From Syntrophomonadales bacterium (GTDB lineage: Bacteria > Bacillota > Syntrophomonadia > Syntrophomonadales > DTU052): a stretch of DNA of 64,000 nt. Of this stretch, positions 27,317-36,420 are shown one piece after another. Each line of letters begins with the position of its first letter. The stretch's first letter is position 1. The stretch spans positions 924,967 through 988,966 of the forward strand of contig JBMNJO010000001.1 of NCBI GenBank assembly GCA_050951725.1, given 5' to 3'. A program made the position numbers and the translations under genes. The notes under the pieces were generated by a model. The model was given only the letters and a program-made list of their open reading frames with translations. It had not been told where the DNA came from and made no database searches.

Positions 27317-27569
27317 CCTGCAAATCTCCTATCGATTTTGTTAAAGTCTCACGGTTAAACAGAATTTCAACAACTGGTGAAAATATCCTTTATTCCTGAT
27401 CAGGTTCGGTTCCAGCAAATACTTGTCCCCATTCAATGGAAAAAGGGCACGGTATAATGTCAGTCTGATTAATAAGCCTGATATGTATACCGTGCAAGTA
27501 AACGATCAAGCTGGATTTCTCCCTCTGCCGTACCAGCCATACGAAAGCCTGCAGCTGACGCCCTGCCTC

Positions 27570-28226
27570 CTAGGCAGACTGGATCTTCTTCAGGATAAAC
27601 TCGACGCTGCGGGCTATGAGAGCCGCAGCCTCAGCCCTGGTCAGCGTATCATTGGGGCGGTAGTATTCCGCCGTCTGAACAATACCGTTTTCCGCAAGCC
27701 ACTTTACGTCCTTTTCAGCCCAGTGATTTACCAGGTCCTTAAACACCTTTACCTCCTCCTTAAACGTGGCGGTAAACCTGTCCGGGGACTGGTACTGTTT
27801 TATCATCTGGTTTATATCATATCCTGGCAGTTCAAAACGCGGCCTATCCTTTAGGGTTTTAAAATCGCCCCCCCATCGCAGGCCCAGTGATTTGCCCAAC
27901 TGGCCCACTCTGTCATACAGGTCAAGTCGATTCCACGTAACCTTTCCATTCAACATGACCGCAACATCAAAGGCCAAACCCCAGCAATGCATACTATAGG
28001 GATACCGTACATTGGTTACAATGTTTCCGCTGGCGGTCCTTCCCTGCGCATACAATGCATCCTGTTCCTGCCGGGTACGCAGGGTCTGGGTAATAATAAT
28101 TTCGATACCGTTTTGCCGGGAAAGGTCGATAAGTTGTCTGCAAAGAGTCCGAAGCTGGGGATGTAAGAGTTCGATGTCTCTCAATTGCAACCCTCCTCGC
28201 AATTCAGGTCCTCTCATCATAAACAA
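27570..28226 (-). CDS. peptidase M15-like cell-wall hydrolase with a C-terminal SLH domain
   Basis: 218 aa. The SMHCWGLAFDV and WGGDF...DRPRFEL blocks resemble LAS/M15 peptidases. The C-terminus FKDLVNHWAEKDVKWLAENGIV resembles an S-layer homology domain. Confidence 0.65.
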   Translation of the reverse strand: MFMMRGPELRGGLQLRDIELLHPQLRTLCRQLIDLSRQNGIEIIITQTLRTRQEQDALYAQGRTASGNIVTNVRYPYSMHCWGLAFDVAVMLNGKVTWNRLDLYDRVGQLGKSLGLRWGGDFKTLKDRPRFELPGYDINQMIKQYQSPDRFTATFKEEVKVFKDLVNHWAEKDVKWLAENGIVQTAEYYRPNDTLTRAEAAALIARSVEFILKKIQSA

Positions 28227-28452
28227 TAACTGGGATGGTGCTAATACGAGTAGTTTTTGCCCATTTACTACCTCTATGCCAATTATTTCCCATGACCAGC
28301 CTGCTCACTATTTTATTCATTACCGTACGATAGAGTTCCTGTAGCGATGTTCCTGGAAAATTTATTGCGGCTCACATCCTCGTTTTCAAACTGGTTCTGA
28401 CGGTAATATTCCATACATTTTGGCCATACTTTTAGGCAAGGAGGTGTATAAG

Positions 28453-28821
28453 ATGGTGCGTAGAATTGCCGGAGAGTTTCGTGGTCTTCTGGTTGCTCTG
28501 ATATCTGCTGTCATTATCGGTTCCATTCTGGCAATGGTCGTTTACTGGACTCCATTGCGGGAAACATTGCTGGACCCCCTGGCTGATTTCACTCTTATGC
28601 TGGGCGTATTCATTGGAGGCTGGTATTCCGCCCGACATTATGGCAACCGGGGACTCCTCCGGGGCATGGCCATCGGTCTGATGTTCTTCGTATTTGTATT
28701 CCTGGCGACTCTGATCTTCAATCCCGCCTTGGTCTCGTTCGGCTCCATAATTAAAGACCTGGCCTTGGGAATTGTCTGCGGCGGTTTGGGGGGTATTCTG
28801 GGAGTGGGGATGTCCGATTAG
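28453..28821 (+). CDS. small integral membrane protein (TIGR04086/YrzE-like)
   Basis: Start moved to the ATG after AAGGAGG. About 122 aa with four hydrophobic helices. Confidence 0.55.
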   Translation: MVRRIAGEFRGLLVALISAVIIGSILAMVVYWTPLRETLLDPLADFTLMLGVFIGGWYSARHYGNRGLLRGMAIGLMFFVFVFLATLIFNPALVSFGSIIKDLALGIVCGGLGGILGVGMSD

Positions 28822-28925
28822 AAAGGTTATAAGAAGCTGATTAACCACATGGCAAGGCCAACAAATAACAGGATTACCCCGGCTATTAAAACAAAGGAAC
28901 AGTTTCTTACCAGTGTTGTTCCCTC

Positions 28926-28954
28926 CCAAAATAAGAGGAGTAGCATGCTACTCC
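28926..28954 (-). terminator. probable terminator downstream of the DinG-like gene
   Basis: Perfect 18-nt palindrome GGAGTAGCATGCTACTCC (28937-28954), followed on the minus strand by TCTTATTTTGG. Confidence 0.4.
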
Positions 28955-29079
28955 TAGCCGATTAGTTTAGACAGAATCTTTCGGAGAAAATTGGGAACCC
29001 GGAAATAATAGACACGCAAGACCTTCACCCCTCTGGCTTTTGGTTTATTATACTGATAAGGCACCCAAAAGGTTCATAC

Positions 29080-31605
29080 TCATTTTGGATCTCTGAACCA
29101 TTTTCTCAGTTCTGGTTCCAGATCGTTATAGTTGATTTCAATTATATTCTGCATCGGCATGCTGTCACGAAAGAGGATGCTGTAGTGGCGTCCGGCCGGG
29201 GGAAGGCAGAAGCGCCGGTCAAGTATCACCACCACCCCGGAATCAGTCTCACTCCTGATCAGGCGGCCGATTCCCTGCCGGAATCTTATTACGGCTTCAG
29301 CCAGCGAATACTCTTTAAATGCATTCCTCCCCTGTTTGGACAGGCGCTCCGTCCAAGCCTCTGCCAGGGGTTCAGTAGGAGGACGAAAAGGCAGGCGGGT
29401 CAGAACCAGGCAGTTCAGCATGTCGCCTGGCAGGTCGACTCCTTCCCAGAACGTCTCCGAGCCCAGGAGGATACCGTCCGGCCTGCCGGATAGTTTGGCG
29501 ATGAGCGTGCTGTAATCACCATCCAGATACTGACATATCATGCGTTCCGATAGATCAGGGCCCTCGTCCCGCAGTAGGCTGGCGGTCTGCAGCAGGAGGC
29601 TGCGGGCGGTGAACAGGACCAAAGTGCGCTTGCCGGTCGTCCGGGCGATGGTCTTGACGCACCCGGCTATTAATTGAGCATACTGTGAGCTTCCGGGCTC
29701 GGCCAGGTTGCGAACCGCCAGGGTACGGCAGTTGTGTTCATAGTCAAAGGGGGAGGGGGATACCCACTCCCGGACAAGCTCGGGATCCAGACAGTCGAGA
29801 CCCAAACGTCTTTTTATATATTTGAAACTACGACCTACAGTAAGAGTGGCTGAAACCAGTATCAGGGACTTCAACCCCGGATAAAGCTGCTGGTTAAGCT
29901 CCGATCCGATATCCAAAGGCGCAGCGGCAAGGGAGGATAACCCGCGGGGTTCACTCTCCATCCAGACTACTTCCTCTTCACTTCCCAGCTCTACACTATC
30001 ACCAATAAGCCATAAATCATTAGCCATGTCCCGCACCTCGCCACTGAGTCCATATATTGTCAATCCCTCTTCCGAGTCGGGTATCATATCAACCAATTCC
30101 TCCAAGGACCGCTGCACATTACGCAGGGCCCCGGCTACCTCCCGGCAACCCTGGCAGAGCTCGGGAACCGCTTCCATGTCTGGTTTAATACGTCGAGGGC
30201 CCAAGGAACCAGGCACCGTGGCAATGTCACACAACGCCAGACCGTGAATGGCCTGGCGCGTTAGATCCACCAGCCTTACGGTTTCCATCAATTCCTGCTT
30301 ACACTGATGATAACGGGCCTTTAATGATGCCAGGTAACCACGCTCAATCCCGTTTCGTTTCTCGGAGAGCTTTGCTAAAAGCCGCAGGCCCTCTTCCACC
30401 GCGAAAGAAACGCCCAGTTTCTCGAAAGCAGTACGGTCAAGGTTATGGGCCTCATCAATGATAAGGCGCTGATACGAAGGCAGGATATGTCCTCCCGTGG
30501 CCATGTCGCTTAGGAGCAGGGCATGGTTGACCACGATGATATCGGCCTTGTTGAGTTTCCTGCGGGCGGCAAAGAAGTAACACTGCTGATGCCAGGGGCA
30601 GAGGTTACCGCCGCAGCCATGGCGCTGGCAGCTAACCTGCTTCCAAAGGGAGGTGCCCTGATTGTCCCATCTCAGTTCCTGGAACTCACCCTGTCCTCCC
30701 CGGGCCAGCCATAAGCAGAGTCCCACCAGCAGACGCCGCTCCTCGACGGTCAGATCATCCGGATTGTGCTTGAGAAAGTGCCATCGGTGCAGACACAGGT
30801 AGTTGTCCCTGCCATAGGCAATGCGCCAGGTAAAGGAGACCGGCAGGAACTCGGTCAATAACGGCAGGTCCTTTTCCGCCAACTGGCGCTGCAGGGCCTT
30901 GGTCCGGGTGGCGATAACCACCTTTTGGCCGTTGGCTGCTGCCCAGTAGACAGATGGGATCAGGTAGGCCAGGGTTTTACCTACCCCGGTACCGGCCTCA
31001 GCCAGCAGAAACTCGTCCCTTTCAAACGCTATGCACACCTCACGGGCCATTGACTCCTGCTCGGGACGATAGCAGTATGATTCCATTATCCGGCTTAAGA
31101 CGCCCGCAGGTCCCAGGATATCTAACACCTGATCGCGGGAAAACTCGGAAACCGGCTCATATTTCCGTTCAGGACGGGACAATTCACGGTAATTATGGAC
31201 CGTATCCAGGATCAGCCCCTCACTGGCCGCATCCAGGAAATCCCGCACAGGATCCCCCATGGGAAGGATGGGCATCGTCTCCTGCAGGACTGAAAGATCC
31301 AGCCGGCGGGCCTCCTGCCATAGTTCCTGTAAAACCTGAATCCAGTCGGCACCTCTACCATTCCCGACCAGTCCGTTCCAAGCCTGGTCAGGCTTCAGCA
31401 CACTCCACAATTCCGAAAGAAAAATGTGCTTTCCCGGTGCCAATACCAGCAGGGGCTGACCGGGGTGGTTCTGAACCAGGTGTAAAGCATGACGGGGCAC
31501 ACTGTCCTTGGCGGGCATGACCTTCAATTCACCGTTCTCGACTATAAAAGCGGTTGTTTCCAGGCCGCGGCTGTCCATCTGTTTGAGCAGCAGAATAAGC
31601 TCCAA
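29080..31605 (-). CDS. DinG/XPD-family ATP-dependent DNA helicase (Fe-S type)
   Basis: 841 aa with Walker A AGTGVGKT, the DEAH box IIDEAHNL, a four-Cys cluster (CLHRW...CQRHGCGGNLCPWHQQC), and C-terminal helicase motifs. Confidence 0.8.
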   Translation of the reverse strand: MELILLLKQMDSRGLETTAFIVENGELKVMPAKDSVPRHALHLVQNHPGQPLLVLAPGKHIFLSELWSVLKPDQAWNGLVGNGRGADWIQVLQELWQEARRLDLSVLQETMPILPMGDPVRDFLDAASEGLILDTVHNYRELSRPERKYEPVSEFSRDQVLDILGPAGVLSRIMESYCYRPEQESMAREVCIAFERDEFLLAEAGTGVGKTLAYLIPSVYWAAANGQKVVIATRTKALQRQLAEKDLPLLTEFLPVSFTWRIAYGRDNYLCLHRWHFLKHNPDDLTVEERRLLVGLCLWLARGGQGEFQELRWDNQGTSLWKQVSCQRHGCGGNLCPWHQQCYFFAARRKLNKADIIVVNHALLLSDMATGGHILPSYQRLIIDEAHNLDRTAFEKLGVSFAVEEGLRLLAKLSEKRNGIERGYLASLKARYHQCKQELMETVRLVDLTRQAIHGLALCDIATVPGSLGPRRIKPDMEAVPELCQGCREVAGALRNVQRSLEELVDMIPDSEEGLTIYGLSGEVRDMANDLWLIGDSVELGSEEEVVWMESEPRGLSSLAAAPLDIGSELNQQLYPGLKSLILVSATLTVGRSFKYIKRRLGLDCLDPELVREWVSPSPFDYEHNCRTLAVRNLAEPGSSQYAQLIAGCVKTIARTTGKRTLVLFTARSLLLQTASLLRDEGPDLSERMICQYLDGDYSTLIAKLSGRPDGILLGSETFWEGVDLPGDMLNCLVLTRLPFRPPTEPLAEAWTERLSKQGRNAFKEYSLAEAVIRFRQGIGRLIRSETDSGVVVILDRRFCLPPAGRHYSILFRDSMPMQNIIEINYNDLEPELRKWFRDPK

Positions 31606-31742
31606 ATAAATCCTCCCCCGGGCACCTCCCCCGGCGGTCTTTGTATAAGCCAGCCTTCAACGTGGCCTTTATGTATCCAAAAAGCAGAAGTTGGCGGAAA
31701 AGATTCAGGATGGGAATTTGACAGGAATAACTCTGGGACACT

Positions 31743-32057
31743 TCAAGCCCTATTCCAGATGCAGGGGGTAATGCTCTTCTGGTTGCCATCACGTATCAGG
31801 TGATACACCCCACTGATCTCAACACCGCCCTCACGCAACACCTGACAGGATTCCTCAGCATCTGCGGGCTTGATTTTAAGGGACAGGCCGCAGCTGGTGC
31901 TTATCTCCCGGGGGGTTGGCATGACCACGAACTCACGGTTGGCCGCCTTCATTAATTTCTCCCCCTTGAGGGCTCCTGAGGTGGATGCAAACGTAATCAC
32001 ACAATAATCATTCAGTTTAATAAGATTCCCAATGCCCGATAGCGAGGACTCAGTCAA
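31743..32057 (-). CDS. DUF3343-family small protein
   Basis: 104 aa; the pattern VITFASTSGALKGEKLMK...VMPTPREISTSCGLSLKI is typical of DUF3343. Confidence 0.6.
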   Translation of the reverse strand: MTESSLSGIGNLIKLNDYCVITFASTSGALKGEKLMKAANREFVVMPTPREISTSCGLSLKIKPADAEESCQVLREGGVEISGVYHLIRDGNQKSITPCIWNRA

Positions 32058-32640
32058 GTTCTATCTCTCCTACTATATAAAAAGTACCTTGAGTGGTGGC
32101 GATAACCTTGTCTTCACATACCACCTCGGCACTGGCAAAGTAAAGGTGTGATCCGATCCGGTCAACCCTTCCCCGCCCAACCATCTCCTTGCCCATGGGG
32201 GCAGTGGTGAAAAAGTTAATACCGTAATTAACCGTAACGCCTTTTTTGCCAGTAGTTCGCACTGCATTAGCCATGGCGGCGTCCGCGAGAGTTGACACCA
32301 GGCCTCCATGGGTAATGCCCAGAGGGTTGCCATGCTCATCTCGAGTTTGAACTGCCATCTCGACCCAGCCGGGCCCTAAAGTCTTGGTAGTAATACCTGT
32401 TAAAAGGTAGAATGGCGCTTTGGAATTTGTCTCGGTAATAACAGCAAACAATCTCTCATCAATGCCTTGATTGGATGGAATCATTTCCCGGTTGGGCCTC
32501 CTTTGCGAAATGTTAACTATCACGATTATAAGGTACGCGAGAAGCAGGGGCAAGAATAAGCCCCTGATAAATCCAGCCAAGAGGTTGTCGGTGAGTGCAG
32601 ATATGGGACTGAGACCCCTTTTCAAGCAGGATTCCGTCAA
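32050..32640 (-). CDS. PaaI/hotdog-fold thioesterase, possibly with an N-terminal membrane anchor
   Basis: The C-terminal 140 aa has the hotdog pattern (NPLGITHGGLVSTLADAAM). The start is uncertain: TTG at 32640 or ATG near 32484. Confidence 0.65.
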   Translation of the reverse strand: MTESCLKRGLSPISALTDNLLAGFIRGLFLPLLLAYLIIVIVNISQRRPNREMIPSNQGIDERLFAVITETNSKAPFYLLTGITTKTLGPGWVEMAVQTRDEHGNPLGITHGGLVSTLADAAMANAVRTTGKKGVTVNYGINFFTTAPMGKEMVGRGRVDRIGSHLYFASAEVVCEDKVIATTQGTFYIVGEIELD

Positions 32641-33086
32641 GTATCTTACACAACCTCAGGCTGAAAAGGTTATAATTGTCCGCCATCGTTTGGTTATGCT
32701 AAACTTAATTCAACTTCCCAGCAACCCCGCAGAGCCACTATTCTCGAACTTGACCTGGCACTACATCTTCTGGGAACTTAACTGTTTTGGTCTTCAGGGA
32801 TCCTGAACCCCCGATGTGCATATATCTTCTAAGAAAAGACGCAGCAAACAACCGCCAATGAAGTGGTAGGCTTTGATTCAATGATCCTGCTGACACTGCA
32901 GCCTGTACGGGTAGAGTTTCCCAACCTCAAACATTTATTGCGGGGTCTACATCCCGGTCAATATCAAGTCCATTTGAACACTTTGGTGTTCGCACAGACA
33001 GATTTGTCTTAATTAATAAGACCGTAATTTGAACAGATCTGTCATGTGCCTCATATTATTTTTGTTGTAACAAGGGGGGGTCATAC

Positions 33087-34022
33087 ATGAAGGACAAACG
33101 GATGACTTTAAAAGAAGCAGTGAGCAAGTTTACCTGGGATGGGTGTTCCCTGAACATCGGCAGCATATGTGCCCGTGAACCTATGGCGGTTGCACATGAG
33201 ATCATTCGCCAGGGCAGAAAAAACATAACTTTTATAACTGATACTACTTCTGACCCGGCGGAATTGATGGTTGCGGCTGGTTGCTTCAGTCGAATTGAGG
33301 CTGCTTATATTTGGATTGGGGTAGTCGGCCAGGGTTATAATATCCGGCGAGCGGTAGAAGAAGGGATTCCCAATCATATTGAAATCGAGCCCTATTCGAA
33401 CTATACCGCGGGACTTCGTTTGATGGCAGGATCGATGGGGCTTCCCTTCCTCCCCACCAAATCGCTCCTGGGCAGCGATATTATTAAGTATAATCCAAAA
33501 ATAAAAGTAATCGATGATCCCTATGGCAGCGGACCAATTGCGTTGGTGCCAGCAGCCACTCCCGATACCACCTTTATTCATGTCCAACGATCCGACATGG
33601 CGGGCAACTGTCAGATATGGGGGATGTTGGGCAATGATGATTTTGCCGCCAAGGCCTGTAAAAATGTGGTTATCACCTGTGAAGAGATTGTTCCCACCAG
33701 CGAGATACGAAAAATTCCCAACATGACCGTTATTCCAGAATACGCTGTATCAGCAGTAGTGGAGCTGCCATTTGGTTGTCATCCTTTATCCTTAACGGGA
33801 TGCTATTGGATGGATAATCCCTTCCGCCAGACATTTATTCAAGCCTCAAGGACCAGAGAAGGGGTTATGGCCTGGTTGGATGAGTGGGTTTATCAGGTAG
33901 AGGACCATCAGCAGTACCTGGATAAGGTAGGGCGTGACCGTTTAGCAAAAATTCAGGAATTGGAACAGGACAACTGCATGATTCCCGAGATAATATCGAG
34001 AACGAGGGAGGGGTTGTTTTAA
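33087..34022 (+). CDS. CoA-transferase subunit A (glutaconate-CoA-transferase-like)
   Basis: 311 aa family I CoA-transferase alpha pattern. The stop overlaps the start of the beta subunit. Confidence 0.75.
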   Translation: MKDKRMTLKEAVSKFTWDGCSLNIGSICAREPMAVAHEIIRQGRKNITFITDTTSDPAELMVAAGCFSRIEAAYIWIGVVGQGYNIRRAVEEGIPNHIEIEPYSNYTAGLRLMAGSMGLPFLPTKSLLGSDIIKYNPKIKVIDDPYGSGPIALVPAATPDTTFIHVQRSDMAGNCQIWGMLGNDDFAAKACKNVVITCEEIVPTSEIRKIPNMTVIPEYAVSAVVELPFGCHPLSLTGCYWMDNPFRQTFIQASRTREGVMAWLDEWVYQVEDHQQYLDKVGRDRLAKIQELEQDNCMIPEIISRTREGLF

Positions 34023-34891
34023 TGAAGAAATACGCTGATAAATATACAATTTCGGAAATGATGGCAGCTGTTTGTTCGTTGCAGCTCAGCAATGATGATG
34101 TAGCTTTTGTCGGAGTTGGAATTCCGCTGATGGCCGGTGCAGTTGCGGCCGCTACCCATGCTCCCGAGGTTACCATAGTTTATGAAGGTGGGGGCGTGGG
34201 GGCCAAGAGTCGCAGGATGCCCTGGACAATTTCCGATACGCCAACCACAGACAATGCGTTGGTTGCAAGTTCAATGAACCGGATTTTCAGTGATCAGCAA
34301 CGGGGTTTCATCACCGTAGGAATTATTGGCGGCGCGGAAATTGATAAATACGGTAACCTGAACACTACAGCCATCTTTGGCAAGGACGGAAGCTATGATC
34401 ATCCCCAGGTAAGATTACCGGGCAGCGGCGGAGCCAATGATATAGCTTCTTCTGCCCAGCGAACGGTTATTGTTATGCGCCTCCAGAAGGGTAAGTTTGT
34501 CAATAAGATAGATTTTATCACCAGTCCCGGTTTTCTGTCCGGTCCCGGTGCACGGGAGAAAGCCGGCCTATTAGGCGGTGGACCCAGTGCAGTTGTAACC
34601 GACCGCGGCCTCTTCAAATTTGATGAAGAAACCAAAGAAATGTATTTGGACGCCATATATCCAGGAATGACCGTCGAACAGATCAAGGGATTCATCGACT
34701 GGGATTTAAAGGTATCCCCCCAATTATATGAAATGGAGCCTCCCACTGAGGAACAGATTGCGATTATGCACACCCTGGATCCGATGGGAACTGTTTTGGG
34801 CAGTAAGTCCTTGAAGGGCGGGATAGTTCCCTTCGATGTATACTACGATTCTCTGAAAAAGTCGTATCAGAGCCGGACACTGTCTCTGTAA
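34022..34891 (+). CDS. CoA-transferase subunit B
   Basis: 289 aa with the beta-subunit pattern (VYEGGGVG, GGAEIDKYGNLN, GSGGANDIA). Confidence 0.75.
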   Translation: MKKYADKYTISEMMAAVCSLQLSNDDVAFVGVGIPLMAGAVAAATHAPEVTIVYEGGGVGAKSRRMPWTISDTPTTDNALVASSMNRIFSDQQRGFITVGIIGGAEIDKYGNLNTTAIFGKDGSYDHPQVRLPGSGGANDIASSAQRTVIVMRLQKGKFVNKIDFITSPGFLSGPGAREKAGLLGGGPSAVVTDRGLFKFDEETKEMYLDAIYPGMTVEQIKGFIDWDLKVSPQLYEMEPPTEEQIAIMHTLDPMGTVLGSKSLKGGIVPFDVYYDSLKKSYQSRTLSL

Positions 34892-34976
34892 ATATGCTAA
34901 TCAACTACCAGGAACCCCATAATTAATGAGGTGGGGACTACCGGAACACTCCCCGACCTTTATCTATGTAATAAAT

Positions 34977-35010
34977 GAGAGAACCCGAGGCAATTGGGTT
35001 CTCTTTCGTC
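34977..35010 (+). terminator. intrinsic terminator after the CoA-transferase genes
   Basis: GAGAGAACCC-GAGGCAATT-GGGTTCTCTTTCGTC. Confidence 0.6.
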
Positions 35011-35065
35011 ATAAAAAGTGTTTACATATCTCTCACTCATTTTCTATTGAGGGAAATGTGGGAAC

Positions 35066-36259
35066 CTAAACCCGTCTAAAAACGGCAAAAACCTGCAGGG
35101 GAAACCCTGAATCGTCGGCCACCAGCTTTACCCGATCCGCGTCAGGCAGTCGTTGGACAACCTCTGGAGGCAGGTAGTCAAAAAGCCTCATTTCCACCAG
35201 TTCCAGGCCGCAGCTTTGGAACAGGTCCGAAAGGCTGGCCGGTTCCCAGTGATGCAGGTGCAGCATGGCGGGGAAAGTAGCTCCCCGTGAATCCTCCTCG
35301 AGCCTTTGATACAGCTCACCGTTGGTATTTGGGACCGTGACAAATACCAGGGCGCCGGGGCGGGTTACCCGGGCAAACTCCCGGATCACCGTGGAGGGAT
35401 CATAGGTATGCTCCAGTACATCCAGGCATACTATGACATCAAATGTTTGATCGGGAAAGGCAAGACTGTCAAGGCTGCCCTGGATAAAGCTCAACTGTTC
35501 CGGGCGATCCTGCAGGAGACCCTCCCTGATGGATGCCCGGCTACCGCTGAAGATCTCCCCCATCTCAGTTTCAATCAGGCTTAGTACCCGGGGTAAAAAC
35601 GAGTGCTTACCCCTCTGCAGCAGGCTGGCCATACCCTGGGCCCGGTTCAAACGGGGCCGACAGGCGTCAATACCAGTAACTTCCAGGTGCTGACTCATCA
35701 ACAGGGAGGCAAACCCTGCTCCGCAACCGGCATCCAGGACACATCCCCGGAGTTCCCTGACCTTGGGGTATACCAGATCGAGGAATGAATACTCCCCACC
35801 CGAGGAGAAGTTTATCAGGGCGATGATCTCGTTGAAGGCAAACAGGTCCTTTTGCTTCAAAGACGGAGCCTGGTTGTTCCGGAACCAATTCCGGGCCTCG
35901 CGCTGCTCAATTAAAATCGGGATCAGTTCCTCGACTTCCGAGATACCATAGTAATCCATGGCCCTGGTCTTCGCCGCCAACGGCAGCCGTTCCCAGGCAT
36001 ACTGAATGAAGAAGGGATAACAGACATTACTGCTGTCATCAAACATGATGCAGTGAGCCGGATCCTGCTGGCGAATATCCGCCATGATCTCATAGAATGC
36101 CATCTGAAACTCCAGGCCCTCTTCATCACTTCGTTTAAACATACCGGCCAGGTTACGCGCGTTCTGCTCCAGACCGGCCGGCAACAGTGCGGTTACCCGG
36201 GCCGCGATATCCGGAATGGTATGGCTCAGGTAGTAATCAAGAAACCGCTCCAGAATCAT
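35066..36259 (-). CDS. SAM-dependent methyltransferase with an N-terminal domain of unknown function
   Basis: Start moved to MILERF (GGGGTGA RBS). The C-terminal half has VLDAGCGAGF and DVIVCLDVLEH class I motifs. It is the last gene of the glucan cluster. Confidence 0.75.
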   Translation of the reverse strand: MILERFLDYYLSHTIPDIAARVTALLPAGLEQNARNLAGMFKRSDEEGLEFQMAFYEIMADIRQQDPAHCIMFDDSSNVCYPFFIQYAWERLPLAAKTRAMDYYGISEVEELIPILIEQREARNWFRNNQAPSLKQKDLFAFNEIIALINFSSGGEYSFLDLVYPKVRELRGCVLDAGCGAGFASLLMSQHLEVTGIDACRPRLNRAQGMASLLQRGKHSFLPRVLSLIETEMGEIFSGSRASIREGLLQDRPEQLSFIQGSLDSLAFPDQTFDVIVCLDVLEHTYDPSTVIREFARVTRPGALVFVTVPNTNGELYQRLEEDSRGATFPAMLHLHHWEPASLSDLFQSCGLELVEMRLFDYLPPEVVQRLPDADRVKLVADDSGFPLQVFAVFRRV

Positions 36260-36420
36260 AAATTCACCCCTGCTCTTTTGTTTTATAACCTTTCTATCTT
36301 GTAAATTCCTTGGTTCCACAAAGACCAGGCAAGTCCTGGTATTGTTCAGCCACACTCTTAAGCCAGCCTTACCCGGTCCGTTCCATCGCGCCCGGTAAGA
36401 ACTTAAAACGTCAGTGCCAG

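Noticed and set aside
27448-27494. 9-bp perfect inverted repeat CACGGTATA...TATACCGTG upstream of copZ, considered as a CsoR or CopY operator
   Set aside because: The arms are separated by 29 nt. The sequence matches neither the CopY box (TACAnnTGTA) nor the G/C-tract CsoR operator as I recall them. No regulator gene is adjacent. It is possibly just a hairpin that includes a TATAAT box.
28830-28950. Minus-strand 39-aa hydrophobic ORF (MLLLLFWEGTTLVRNCSFVLIAGVILLFVGLAMWLISFL) starting inside a palindrome
   Set aside because: Its ATG and apparent RBS are the two halves of a perfect 18-nt palindrome followed by a T-run. That is better explained as the terminator of the DinG-like gene. There is no independent support for coding.
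29080-31605. The N-terminal ~190 aa of the DinG-like helicase, considered as a degenerate DEDD exonuclease domain (as in Firmicute DinG)
   Set aside because: Only a weak LETT resemblance was seen, and I cannot identify the Exo I-III acidic residues by eye. This needs a profile search before any claim.
32756-32772. TGGCAC-N5-CTTCT, resembling a sigma-54 -24/-12 promoter upstream of the CoA-transferase genes
   Set aside because: The -12 element (TTGCW) is not present. No enhancer-binding protein gene is nearby. The site is more than 300 nt from the start codon.
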